Shown piece by piece: positions 39,792 through 49,700 of a stretch of 64,000 nucleotides of DNA. Each line of letters begins with the position of its first letter. Positions within the stretch are counted from its first letter, which is position 1. The position numbers and the translations under genes are program-made. The notes beneath the pieces were generated by a model. The model was not told the DNA's origin. It was given only the letters and a program-made list of their open reading frames with translations, and made no database searches. Source of the DNA: an uncultured Gemmataceae bacterium (lineage in GTDB: Bacteria; Planctomycetota; Planctomycetia; Gemmatales; Gemmataceae); NCBI GenBank assembly GCA_963750165.1, contig CAVVPN010000011.1, forward strand, positions 2,080,001 to 2,144,000, read 5' to 3'.

Positions 39792-40790
39792 ATGATTTTC
39801 CATAACGCCGGCCGGCGGACCGGGCTGGTTCCTTTCGCGGTCTGTGCTTTACTCCTGGTGGCGCTGCCGGTGCGCGGCCAGGCCCCGCCCGCGCAACCAG
39901 GCGAAATCAAGGCGGTCGTGCGGATCTCGAAGGACCTGATTCAGGACGTGGCGGGCCGCAAGGAAATCGTCGCGGCCGTTCCGTACGACGCGCTGGTCCT
40001 GGGGTTCCGTTGTCAAGGGGTGATCGACGGCAGCGCCAACCTGTCGGTGGAGATGTCAACCGCCCAGGGCGAGGCGGACTTCGTCGTGTACGGTCAGGGC
40101 GCGGCCCAGACCTACGTCCGGGGTGTTCGCGGACCGATCGTTGCCCTGGGCCCGGCGTGGGGCCCCTTTGTTTCCCGGACGGTGGTGCACTTCGACGGCA
40201 GGAAGTTCACCGTGGTGGAAACCACACCCTGGGCGGAGGTCCACGGCGCGCTGGACCGCGTGGAAGGGCGCCACGGGAGGCTGCCCGGGCGTGTCGTCGG
40301 CCGCCTGGCCCTTCCCATCGGTCGGCGGCTGGTGCCGCACGCGGAAGCGCAAGCCACGCCGATTGGCGAGTTCTACCTCAAGACCTTCGTGGACGACCTG
40401 GCCGACAAGATTGTCACGAGGCTCAACCGCACCACCGCCGTGGAAGAATCGCTGCAACGGCTCTTTCCCAGGACCAAGGACTGGGTTTTTCAGACGTCCG
40501 CGGATACCCAGTTCCTCCAGGCGGCCTACGGCCCACGGGGCGCCACGGTGCCGGTCCTGCCCGAAAACCCCGGGCGCCTCAAGGACGTCCGCATGGAGCT
40601 GTGGTTGCAGTCCACGACCACGGAGGCCCAGGCCCTGGTCAAGTTGACCAAACTGCCGCTTGCCAAGCAACTCGTCGCCAAGTACCTCGAAGCGACCCTT
40701 CCCAACCTGGCCGCGATGACGGACAATCGGTCGGTCGTTTCGGTCGGTCCGTGGCTGGTAATTAGCATCGGTGCGCCGAAGGCGGACTGA
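39792..40790 (+). CDS. Hypothetical secreted protein
   Basis: AAGGAGG RBS, signal-peptide-like N-terminus, co-oriented directly after the AsmA-like gene. Confidence 0.7.
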   Translation: MIFHNAGRRTGLVPFAVCALLLVALPVRGQAPPAQPGEIKAVVRISKDLIQDVAGRKEIVAAVPYDALVLGFRCQGVIDGSANLSVEMSTAQGEADFVVYGQGAAQTYVRGVRGPIVALGPAWGPFVSRTVVHFDGRKFTVVETTPWAEVHGALDRVEGRHGRLPGRVVGRLALPIGRRLVPHAEAQATPIGEFYLKTFVDDLADKIVTRLNRTTAVEESLQRLFPRTKDWVFQTSADTQFLQAAYGPRGATVPVLPENPGRLKDVRMELWLQSTTTEAQALVKLTKLPLAKQLVAKYLEATLPNLAAMTDNRSVVSVGPWLVISIGAPKAD

Positions 40791-40817
40791 TTCGAAGAGA
40801 AAAACGAAGAGAGTAAG

Positions 40818-40925
40818 AGTCTGTTCCAAAAGCAGGTGGCGGCACGTTTCCAACATGCCGGTCTTCACGTATTGCGGGATGTCGGCACGTTACCAACGTG
40901 CCGCCACCTGCTTTTGGAACAGACT
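40818..40925. repeat. 31-bp perfect inverted repeat (REP/MITE-like)
   Basis: agtctgttccaaaagcaggtggcggcacgtt (40818-40848) is the reverse complement of 40895-40925. Confidence 0.85.
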
Positions 40926-41217
40926 TTTAGAGTCGGGAGGTGGCTCCGTGTACCAGCATGCCGTCGCCATTACCCCGGTGGGATCACGGTGGAGGGTGGG
41001 TCGTTCCCTGTAGAGCATCCCGTGACGGCGGCCTTCCCCCTCCCTTTGCTGGGTCGGCTCCCACATTTCCCGTTGCGAGGCCTGCTCAGCAATACGTCCA
41101 GGAACGATTTCTCCTGGGAGTCAGGGAGCTCATGTCAAGGCCCCTGTTTCTTTGCTTGCTCGTCGGCGTCGGCCTGCCGGACTTCTTGCGGAGGCCAGTA
41201 GTTCGCATAACCGCGGG

Positions 41218-42551
41218 TCACTTCTGCACCGGCACCCGGAACTCCAACCGCTTGCCGCCGCGCAGCACCGTCACGGTCACCACGTCGCCCGGCCGCTTCT
41301 GCATCACACCGTAAGCCAGCACATCCGTCTCGCGCAGCAGGTCCGTGCGGCCATCGAAAGACACGATCACATCCCCCTGGCGGATGCCGGCCTTGAAGGC
41401 GGTGCCGTGCGGGCCGCTGCCCTGGCCGACATATTTGGCTCGCAGCACCATGCCCGTCTCCGGCAGCCCCGCTTTCTTGCGCTGCTCCGGCGGCACGCTT
41501 TCCAGCAACACGCCGCCCAGCGCCATCCGCCGCAGGCCCCAGCTCGACGCCCGCCAGGAAATGTCCTCGCGCTGCCGCCAGCCCTTCGGCAGCGTCAGCG
41601 TCACGTCCGCGTTGGCGCTGTGCGCTTCACCACCGCCTTGAGCGTCGCCCCCTCCGGCGCCGCCTGGTGCAGCACCCACTGCACATCCGCAATCGACAGC
41701 AGCGGCTGCCCCTGCAGTGACAGGATATTGTCACCCTGCTTGAAGCCCGCCTTCTCCGCCAGCGAGCCCACCTCCACACGCTGCACCTTCGCCCGCTCCT
41801 TCGGGTCCAGGATCAGGCCCAGAACCTTCGGGTGCGGATACTGGAACACCACCCGCTCGGGCAGCACGCCGTCGCGCTCACGGTACAGCGCCCGCTGGGC
41901 GTCGCCGATCTGGTGGCAGTGGATGCAGCTCTGCACCAGTTTGCCGCTGGTGTTGTCCAGTGTCGCCTTGTAGCGGTCCTTCAGCATCGGGTACTTCTCC
42001 GGCGACGGCACCTCCGGCGCGGGGCCGCGCTTGCCGGCCAGCGCCGCGCGGTTCTTCGGGTACTGCCGGTGCAGTTCCAGCGCTCCCTTCAAGGCGTTGG
42101 CCAGACCCTCAATGCTTACGTCGTCGGACCAGTAGGTGCGGTGCGAACGCGTGCCGTAACGGCCGTAGATGGTGCCGTCGGCGTTGAGCAGGAAGGCGGC
42201 GAAGGACTGATCCGTGTCGAACTGGAATAGCGTCAGGTCCAGGCCGTTGGTGGACACAACGCGGACGCAGACGAATTGCTCCAGCAGCGGCCGCACCCGT
42301 TTGTCCTCGTTGACCAGCTCGTCGTCGAGTTTGACGCACTCCACGCACGGGATGCAGCGCATCACCACGAGCAGCGGTTTGCCGGTCTTTTTCGCCTCGG
42401 CGAAACCGCGCGGCAGATCGTTGTAGATCCACAGGGCGTCGTTCGCGAATTTCTTGCGGTCGGCGAGCACCTTTTCTTCGCGGGTCTGGGCGCCGGCCAG
42501 GCCGATCACGGTTAGCCAGGCGGTCAGCGCGAGCGGGACGGTGCGGGACAT
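41218..42551 (-). CDS. Secreted thioredoxin-like / CxxCH / double-PDZ protein (Trx7/PDZ family, Cys form); frameshift near 41625
   Basis: WIYNDLPRGFAEAKKTGKPLLVVMRCIPCVEC; SCIHCHQ; PDZ motifs SLAEKAGFKQGDNIL and AFKAGIRQGDVIVSFDG; ORFs 41601-42581 and 41218-41679 overlap and join. Confidence 0.8.
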
Positions 42552-42641
42552 GCGGGGTCCTTTCGCAGTTGGAGGGAGCAAGCTCAGGTGGGAACCCTTG
42601 GCGTTTGTTTATGTAATCCCTCGTTGGCGGGAAGGGCCGGG

Positions 42642-43751
42642 TCAATCGACCAACCGGACGCTCAGTTGCAGCGTCGCGTCGCCACGGCGCAGCCGCAGCA
42701 GCGCCCGGCCGAGCAGCCACTGCCGCCGCAGTGCCCGCCGGAACGCCTCGGCCGTGGCCACGCCGGTGCCGTCCACGGCCGTCACCGTGTCGCCCTTGCG
42801 GAGCCCGGCCCGCGCCAGGGCCGAGTCCGCCGTCACCTGCTCCACGCGAACCGCGCCCTGCACCGTGGTCACCGTCACGCCGGCGCGCGCCGGCTCGAAG
42901 AACCACGCCAGCAGCCGCGCTTCCTGCGCGCGCACGCGGGGCTGCGCGGTCTTGTTCCAGCGCTGAATGGCGCCGCCCGCCGCCAGCACGCTGTCGAAGG
43001 GCCGCCCGAACTTCACCGCTCCGCGCGCCAGAATGACGCTGCGAACCGCGTCACTGCCCACCGTCACGTCGCCGTCGCAGACGACCAGGCTGTCCACCAG
43101 CTGACCGCGGACGTACACGTCGCCGTTGGCGAAGATGGCCGCCCCGAACACGTTGTCGTTGATCGTCACCGGGCCGCCGGCCACGACCACCGCGTTGCCG
43201 ACGCTGCGGCAGGTGACCGCGCCGGCGGCGACGACCTTGCCGCGGGCCAGGGTCAACGGCCTGGTGACCGGCACCACCGGCCCGCCCTCGAGGTCGAACT
43301 TCAGCGGCCGGCCGGCCTGCCCGGTCAGGGTCGCGATCGCCTTCTGCAGGGCCGCCCAGTCCGCGGCGTCGGCGTCGCCTCCCTTCGCGGTCAAGTATGC
43401 GACGAAGGTGTCCACGCCGGCCCGGTCCGTCTTGCCCAGGAGCTGTGCCGTCGCCCGCGCCAGACACTGCGCACGCAGCTCGCCGACCAGCCGTTCCGCC
43501 CGCTGGCGCAACGGGGTGTCAGGGCCGGTCAGGACCTTCTCCAAAGCCGGCAACGCCTCCACGCCGAGCAGCAGCAGTTCCTTACGCGCCGCCTCGCGCT
43601 TGACGATGTACTTGCTGTCGAGCTGTTGCACCAGCTGGTCGATCTGCTGCCGCCGCTTGGGAGTCGGTTGCCCCTGCTGTCCGGACACCGGCGCCGCCAC
43701 GAGACCGATGGTCGTCAGCACGAGTACCAGTTTGCACTGGTCGAGCAACAT
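42642..43751 (-). CDS. Secreted protein with HEAT-like helix pair, beta-helix-like repeats and C-terminal PDZ domain
   Basis: Signal peptide; IDQLVQQLDS...REAARKELL; repeats VVVAGGPV/AIFANGDV/LVVCDGDV/VILARGAV; SALARAGLRKGDTVTAVDG. Confidence 0.8.
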   Translation of the reverse strand: MLLDQCKLVLVLTTIGLVAAPVSGQQGQPTPKRRQQIDQLVQQLDSKYIVKREAARKELLLLGVEALPALEKVLTGPDTPLRQRAERLVGELRAQCLARATAQLLGKTDRAGVDTFVAYLTAKGGDADAADWAALQKAIATLTGQAGRPLKFDLEGGPVVPVTRPLTLARGKVVAAGAVTCRSVGNAVVVAGGPVTINDNVFGAAIFANGDVYVRGQLVDSLVVCDGDVTVGSDAVRSVILARGAVKFGRPFDSVLAAGGAIQRWNKTAQPRVRAQEARLLAWFFEPARAGVTVTTVQGAVRVEQVTADSALARAGLRKGDTVTAVDGTGVATAEAFRRALRRQWLLGRALLRLRRGDATLQLSVRLVD

Positions 43752-43837
43752 GGGGATTCTCCTCAGCGCACGGGTGGAGGGAGGGAGCCGGCCCAGGTTA
43801 TCGTAGTTCTACGGTGCGAGGAGGGGAATGGAGGAGA

Positions 43838-43899
43838 TGTAGGACGGCTCTCCAGAGCCGTCTTCTTCGGCAGCGACGGCTCTGGAGAGCCGTCCTACA
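43838..43899. repeat. GTAG-type REP doublet (25-bp perfect inverted repeat)
   Basis: tgtaggacggctctccagagccgtc ... gacggctctggagagccgtcctaca. Confidence 0.85.
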
Positions 43900-43962
43900 C
43901 CTCGCCTTCCCCGCGCAGGAAGGCAGCTGAAGCCGGCGGTCAGGAGATCAGGAGTCGCCCGG

Positions 43963-44882
43963 TCATTGCCGCGATTGCGCGAACGCCGCGCACAGCCGCA
44001 GATGCTGCTCCAGATCGAGCGTCTCGGCCCGCGCCGCGCCGTCAATGCCCAGGTCCGCCAGCCGCCGGTCCACCTCCGGCTTGGCGTCCTTGCGGCCCAG
44101 CAGCGCCGCCAGCGCCCGCGCAGGTTCTTGCGGCGGTGGGCGTACAGGTCGCGCAGGAACACCCGCAACGCGCCCGGGTCGCCGACGTGCGCCCGTTTGG
44201 CCGCGCTGGGCCGGATCAGCACCATCGCCGACTCCACCTTCGGCCGCGGCCAGAACACGCTCGGCGCCAGCTTGCGCACCAGGCTGACATCCGCGACGTT
44301 CTGCACCAGCACCGCCAGCGCCGCGTACGCCTTCTCGCCCGGTCGGGCCATGAGCCGCTCGGCGATCTCCCACTGCACCGTCACGACCATGCGTTCGAAC
44401 GGCAGGTCCGAGAGCAGGAAGTTGGTGATGACCGGCGTTGCCACCGAGTAGGGCAGGTTCGCCACCAATTTCAACCGCGCACACCCCGTGTCGCGCCGCA
44501 GCGTTGCCAACTCCTCCAGCACGCGCGGCCGCAGGTGGTTCTTGTTCTGCAGCACGTCGGAGTGGAGCAGCACGACGTTGGGCCGGTCGCCAACCACCCC
44601 GCGGGCCAGCGCGGCGAACGCCGGGTCAACCTCGACGCTGAGCACGGCGCCGGCCTGCTCGGCCAGCCGTGCCGTCAGGCTGCCGGTGCCGCTGCCGACC
44701 TCGACCGCCAGGTCGGATTTGTCCAGTTCGGCGGTGCGCAGCAGCACGTCGATCAGGTTGAGGTCGATCAGGAAATTCTGGCCGAGTTTGGCCTTCGGCC
44801 GGATGCCGTGCGCGGCGAACAGCTGTTGCAAGTACGACAGCGTTTGCCGCGGCGGCTGGACTGGGGAAGGGTCGTGCTCCAT
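43963..44882 (-). CDS. rsmA: 16S rRNA (A1518/A1519)-dimethyltransferase RsmA/KsgA; 1-bp frame break near 44115
   Basis: KLGQNFLID, VEVGSGTGSLT, LVANLPYSVAT, FWPRPKVES, HRRKNLR; C-terminus RAETLDLEQHLRL lies in the adjacent frame. Confidence 0.93.
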
Positions 44883-44901
44883 GAGCGGTCGCGGTTCCCT
44901 C

Positions 44902-45008
44902 GTTGTGGCCGGGTCTCCGGACCAGGCCACTGGGTTTGACCGAAGGTCTCCCTCCAGGAGGACACCTTCGGTCGTGGGAGTGGCCCGGTCGGGAGACCGG
45001 GCCACAAC
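44902..45008. repeat. Long imperfect palindrome (REP-like) between ribE and rsmA
   Basis: gttgtggccgggtctcc...gaccgaagg / ccttcggtc...ggagaccgggccacaac. Confidence 0.7.
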
Positions 45009-45041
45009 AGCTTCGGGACTCAGGACAAAATGCCCCGCACG

Positions 45042-45644
45042 CTACTGCGGACGGGGGAACGCCTCCAGCGCCTTGCAGACGTACTTGGCCAGCAGGTCCG
45101 TCTCCAGGTTGACACGTGCCCCCGGTCCCTTGCGGCCCAGGGTCGTGGCCGTCAGCGTGTGCGGGATTAGCATGACGCTGAAGTCCGTGGCCCCGACCTC
45201 TACCAGCGTCAGGCTGACGCCATCCACCGCGACCGAGCCCCTGGGCACCATCTGCCGCGTCAGCTCCGCCGCACAGCCGAACGCCGTGAACTCATAGTCG
45301 CCCTGCGGTTCGCGGCGGGTGATGCTGCCGACGCCATCCACATGTCCCTGGACGAGGTGGCCGCCGAGACGGTCGCTCACGCGCAGCGCCCGCTCGAGGT
45401 TGACGGCATCACCCGGCTGCAGATCGCCGAGGTTGGTGCGCAGCAGCGTCTCGGGGCCGACCTGGAAGCGGAACGTGTCGCGGTCACGCGCCACGACGGT
45501 CAGGCAGGCGCCGTTGACGGCGACGCTCTCACCGACGGTCAACTCCGCCGCGAGACCCGGCGCGGCAACGGTCAACAGCCGGCCGGCCCCTTGCTCGTGC
45601 AGGTGGCGCACCTCGCCCAGCGCTTCGACCAAGCCCGTGAACAT
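45042..45644 (-). CDS. ribE: Riboflavin synthase (alpha chain)
   Basis: MFTGLVE N-terminus, GESVAVNGACLTV, VNLERAL, GGHLVQGHVDG, GSVAVDGVSLT, VNLETD. Confidence 0.96.
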   Translation of the reverse strand: MFTGLVEALGEVRHLHEQGAGRLLTVAAPGLAAELTVGESVAVNGACLTVVARDRDTFRFQVGPETLLRTNLGDLQPGDAVNLERALRVSDRLGGHLVQGHVDGVGSITRREPQGDYEFTAFGCAAELTRQMVPRGSVAVDGVSLTLVEVGATDFSVMLIPHTLTATTLGRKGPGARVNLETDLLAKYVCKALEAFPRPQ

Positions 45645-45675
45645 GACAGCATGGTAGGCGGCCTGGCGCGGCCTG

Positions 45676-46536
45676 TCAACGCACCGGTCCCTGTCCGGGT
45701 AGTGCCTCGTCGAGGCCCGGCGCCGGCAGTGGCCGCGACCGCAACGCCCGGCCGAGCAGGTAACGCAGCGGCACACCGACGGCATACAGCCAGCAGAACA
45801 GCACCACCGCCAGTTCGCGGACGATGACGGTGACGACGAGCATGAGCACCACCTGGACGAGGTGGCCGAAGTGGTGCCGGCCGCGGATGAGCTGGCGCGT
45901 CAGGTGCGGGTACGGCAACCGCGACACCATCAGCAGCGCCACCACCACCGCCCCGAGCGGGGCCGCCACCTCGACCAGGCGGCGAACGGTGCGGCGGATG
46001 TGTTCGGGGTCGGCGTCGGGGAAGTGGGCGGCGAGCTTGCCGGGCAGTTCGCCGAAGAGGATGGCCAGCGCCGCCAGGCAGGCGGCGGCGCCCGGCGACG
46101 GCAGACCGCGGAAGCGTTTCGGACTGGTCGTTTCGGTGCTGCTCTCGATGTTGAAGCGCGCCAGGCGCAGGACGACGCACACCAGGTACAGGATGGCGAC
46201 GCCGTACAGCGCCTGAGACAGCAGCGGCGCGGACTCGGAATTGGGGCCGAGGCGCAGCAGCAGGAACGCCGGGGCGACGCCGAAGCTGACCGCGTCGCAC
46301 AGGCTGTCCAGCTCCGCGCCGAACTTGCTGGTGGTGCGCGACAGGCGGGCCGCGTAGCCGTCCAGGGCGTCGCAGAGCATGGCGGCCAGGATCAGCCAGC
46401 CGCTCCAGGCGAAGTTTGGATCGACGGCCGTCCCCGTCTCCGGGCCGCCGATGCGGCTGGCGCAGACCAGGGCCGCGAAACCACAGACGCCGTTGCCCAG
46501 CGTCAACAAGGTCGGAAGGATGGCGAGTCTTTTCAC
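45676..46536 (-). CDS. pssA: CDP-alcohol phosphatidyltransferase (PssA-like)
   Basis: LPTLLTLGN, DALDGYAAR...SKFGAELDSLCDAVSFGVAPA, LRLARFN, FRGLPSP. Confidence 0.9.
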   Translation of the reverse strand: MKRLAILPTLLTLGNGVCGFAALVCASRIGGPETGTAVDPNFAWSGWLILAAMLCDALDGYAARLSRTTSKFGAELDSLCDAVSFGVAPAFLLLRLGPNSESAPLLSQALYGVAILYLVCVVLRLARFNIESSTETTSPKRFRGLPSPGAAACLAALAILFGELPGKLAAHFPDADPEHIRRTVRRLVEVAAPLGAVVVALLMVSRLPYPHLTRQLIRGRHHFGHLVQVVLMLVVTVIVRELAVVLFCWLYAVGVPLRYLLGRALRSRPLPAPGLDEALPGQGPVR

Positions 46537-46772
46537 GGGTGCATCCGTCGCAGGGAGTTGGTGATCGCTAACACTCCGAACCGAATCAGGGGATAAAGAT
46601 ACGATGAAGAAACGATGTCAACCAGAGGTGTGCGAAAATATGGTGAAGAGCGCGCCCCCGCTTGCGCTCCCTCGGGGCCGGTTGCCGGGCGGATGACCGT
46701 TGTCAACCGGCACGTCAGGGATTAAGGTGAATACTCCACCGCGGACGAGCGCGGGCCGCACCCTGGTCGAGT

Positions 46773-49700
46773 ATGCCGATGAAGAACACCCTGGCGAACC
46801 CCTCCCTGGCGGAGCAGCTGGACCGGCAGACATCTGCCGCGGCCGCCGCCCTGGTCCGCGCCGAAGGCGACCGCCTCCGCTGCCTGGCCTGCGGCCACCG
46901 CTGTCTGCTCGGCGCCGACCAGCGCGGCATCTGCAAGGTGCGCTTTCGCGACCAGGACGAGTTGCGGGTGCCCTTCGGCTACGTCGCTGGCCTGCAGTGC
47001 GACCCCGTCGAGAAGAAGCCGTTCTTCCACGTCTACCCCGGCAGCGACGCCCTCACCTTCGGGATGATGGGATGTGACCTGCACTGCTCCTACTGCTTCA
47101 CGGGTGATACCCAGGTGGTGACCGACCGCGGACCCATCACGCTGGCCGAGGCGTTCGCGCTCGCGGAGCGGGTGGAGAAAACGCACGATGCCGAGGTCGC
47201 CTTCCCAGACGGTTTGCACGCGGTTGCCGCCTCAGGCACGTTACGGAGGGTGCGCGGTGTTTTTCGGCATCGGTATCGCGGGCCGCTCACGGTCCTTCGC
47301 CCCTACTACCTGCCCGCGCTGCGCTGCACCCCGGATCACCGCGTTTATGCGACCGACGACGTAACCCGCCCGCCGGAACTGATTCGCGCAGGGCAGTTGA
47401 CGGCGGCGCATTACCTCGCCATCCCGCGCCATTACGCCTTCGGCAAAAATCAGGTTGTAGACGTGGCGCAGGAACTCGCGGCGCACGGCGTCACCTATCG
47501 TGTTCCCTGGGACCTGCCCGCGGAAACCAGGCAGGCCCTCGCCGAAGCGACGGCACGGGGAGAAACCTCCCGGCAGATCGGCGCCAGGCTGGACAAACAC
47601 CCGTCATACATCCGGCACGTGCGCAGCAAACTGCAGCGCGGCCGCGCCACGGACACACGCACGGCCGGGATGATCCTCGAAGGGGGGACGGTGCGCTTCC
47701 CGAACGAACACCGTCCAGGGATCGCCGCGCAGTTACCGCTCGACGTCGATCTGGCGCGCCTGCTCGGTTATTACTGCGCCGAGGGTTGGGTCAGCGGCAG
47801 CACAAACCGGCCCAATAGCCACACCCTCAATTTCAGCTTTTCGCACGGCGAGGCGGATCTGGTTGCGGAGATCTGCGAACTGCTCAAGCGTTGCCTGGGC
47901 GTCAAACCGCTGCGCGTTCGTCGCGACACGACTTTGGCGGTCAGCGTCTCCAGGACTTCTGCTGCTCTGCTTTTCAAATACCTGGCCGGTTCCCGATCCG
48001 GTGGCAAGCGCGTCCCCCGGCAGTTGTTCGAGGCACCCCGCGAAATCATCGAAGCCTTCCTGGAGGCATACCGCCGCGGCGACGGCCATCGGTATGCCAA
48101 TGGCAAGACGGGAGCCACCACGGTTTCCCGGCAACTTGCGCACGGGATCGCCTGGCTGGCGCTGCGACTCGGCTACCTTCCTTCGATATACGACACGCCC
48201 ATGTCCGAAACGGGGTTCCTCCAGGGACGCCCGGTCAAGCGGTCCGCGCATCAGTATTCCGTCGTCTGGTACGTCGATAGCCTGGTGGCCCGCAAGGTGG
48301 TCGAGACGGAAGCATTCCACCTCATCCCGCTGCGTGAAAGCACCACGCTCGACCACGACAGCGACGTGTACAACATGGAGGTGGAGGAAGAACACAACTA
48401 TCTGGCCGGCTTCTTTCTCGTTTCCAACTGTCAAAACTGGATCACGAGCCAGGCGCTGCGCGACGAGTCCGCCGTCGCCCCGGTGCGACTGGTGACGCCG
48501 GTGCAGCTGATCGAGGTGGGCCGCCGCGAGCGTGCCCGCCTGGTCGTCTCCAGCTACAACGAGCCGCTCATCACCGCCGAGTGGGCCGTCGCCGTCTTCG
48601 AGCAAGCAACCAAAGCGGGCCTGGCGTGCGCCTTCGTCTCCAACGGCAATGCCACGCCGGAAGTGCTCGACTTCCTCCGCCCCTGGGTCTGCGCCTACAA
48701 GATCGATCTGAAGACGTTCAACGACCGCCATTATCGCAAGCTGGGCGGCACCCTCGACAGCATCACCGCCGCCGTCCGCATGGTCCACGCGCGCGGCATC
48801 TGGCTGGAGGTCGTCACCCTCGTCATCCCCGGCTTCAACGACAGCGACGACGAACTGCGCCAGACCGCCCGCTTCCTGGCGTCCGTCAGCCCCGACATCC
48901 CCTGGCATGTGACGGCGTTCCACAAGGACTACCGCATGACCGACCCCGAGGCGACGCCGGCCGCCACCCTGGTCCGCGCCGCCGAGATCGGCACCGCCGC
49001 GGGGCTGCGCTTCGTCTACGCCGGCAACCTGCCCGGCCGCGTCGGCCCCTGGGAGGACACGCGCTGCCCCGCGTGCCACGCCACCGTCATCGAGCGCACC
49101 GGCTATCTGATCCGCGCCTACCGCCTCGGCAGCGACGGCAGCTGCCCGCGCTGCCGGTTCCAGCTGCCCGGCGTCTGGCCGGGCGCCGGCGACATCGTCA
49201 AGACCGGCAACGACCACACCGCCTACCTGAGCCGGCTGCCCCGGCCGGTGGCCCCCGCCCCGGCGCCCCTGTCTGCACTGCAGGACCGCCGCCAGGGGCT
49301 CCCCCTTGTCCCGCCGCCCGACGGAGGAATGCCAGCGATGATTGCAACGACCCCCGCCGCCCCCGCCGTGGGCGGACGCCCCGACCTCGGCCCCGAGCAC
49401 CGGCACAGCGTCCTCGCCGCCGCCACCGCCCTGCTGCGCCAGGTGGTGGGCGGCCAAGCCGCGGCCTTCCCCGCCGAGCACGCCGCCGTGGCCGACCTGC
49501 CCGTGGCCGGCGCCTTCGTCAGCCTCAAACGCGGCCGCCACCTGCGTGCCTGCTGCGGTTCGCTCGGCCCGCCCCAGCCGCTGCACCGGGCCCTGGTCCA
49601 CGCCGCCGACCGCGCCGTCTGGGAGGACGAACGCTTCCCGCCGGTGTCCGCCACCGAACTGGGCCACCTTGACCTGGAGGTCTGGCTCCTCTTCGACCCG

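Noticed and set aside
42335..42360. Selenocysteine recoding in the Trx/PDZ protein
   Set aside because: All three Cys codons are TGC; no in-frame TGA
43963..44882. rsmA as a pseudogene or programmed frameshift
   Set aside because: One missing base in a short G run with both halves intact fits a sequencing indel; no slippery heptamer seen
42588..44939. 783-aa plus-strand ORF, and similar ORFs 47733-49757, 54400-55869, 62106-63638
   Set aside because: Antisense to well-supported genes (PDZ protein/rsmA, amrS, clpX, recombinase)
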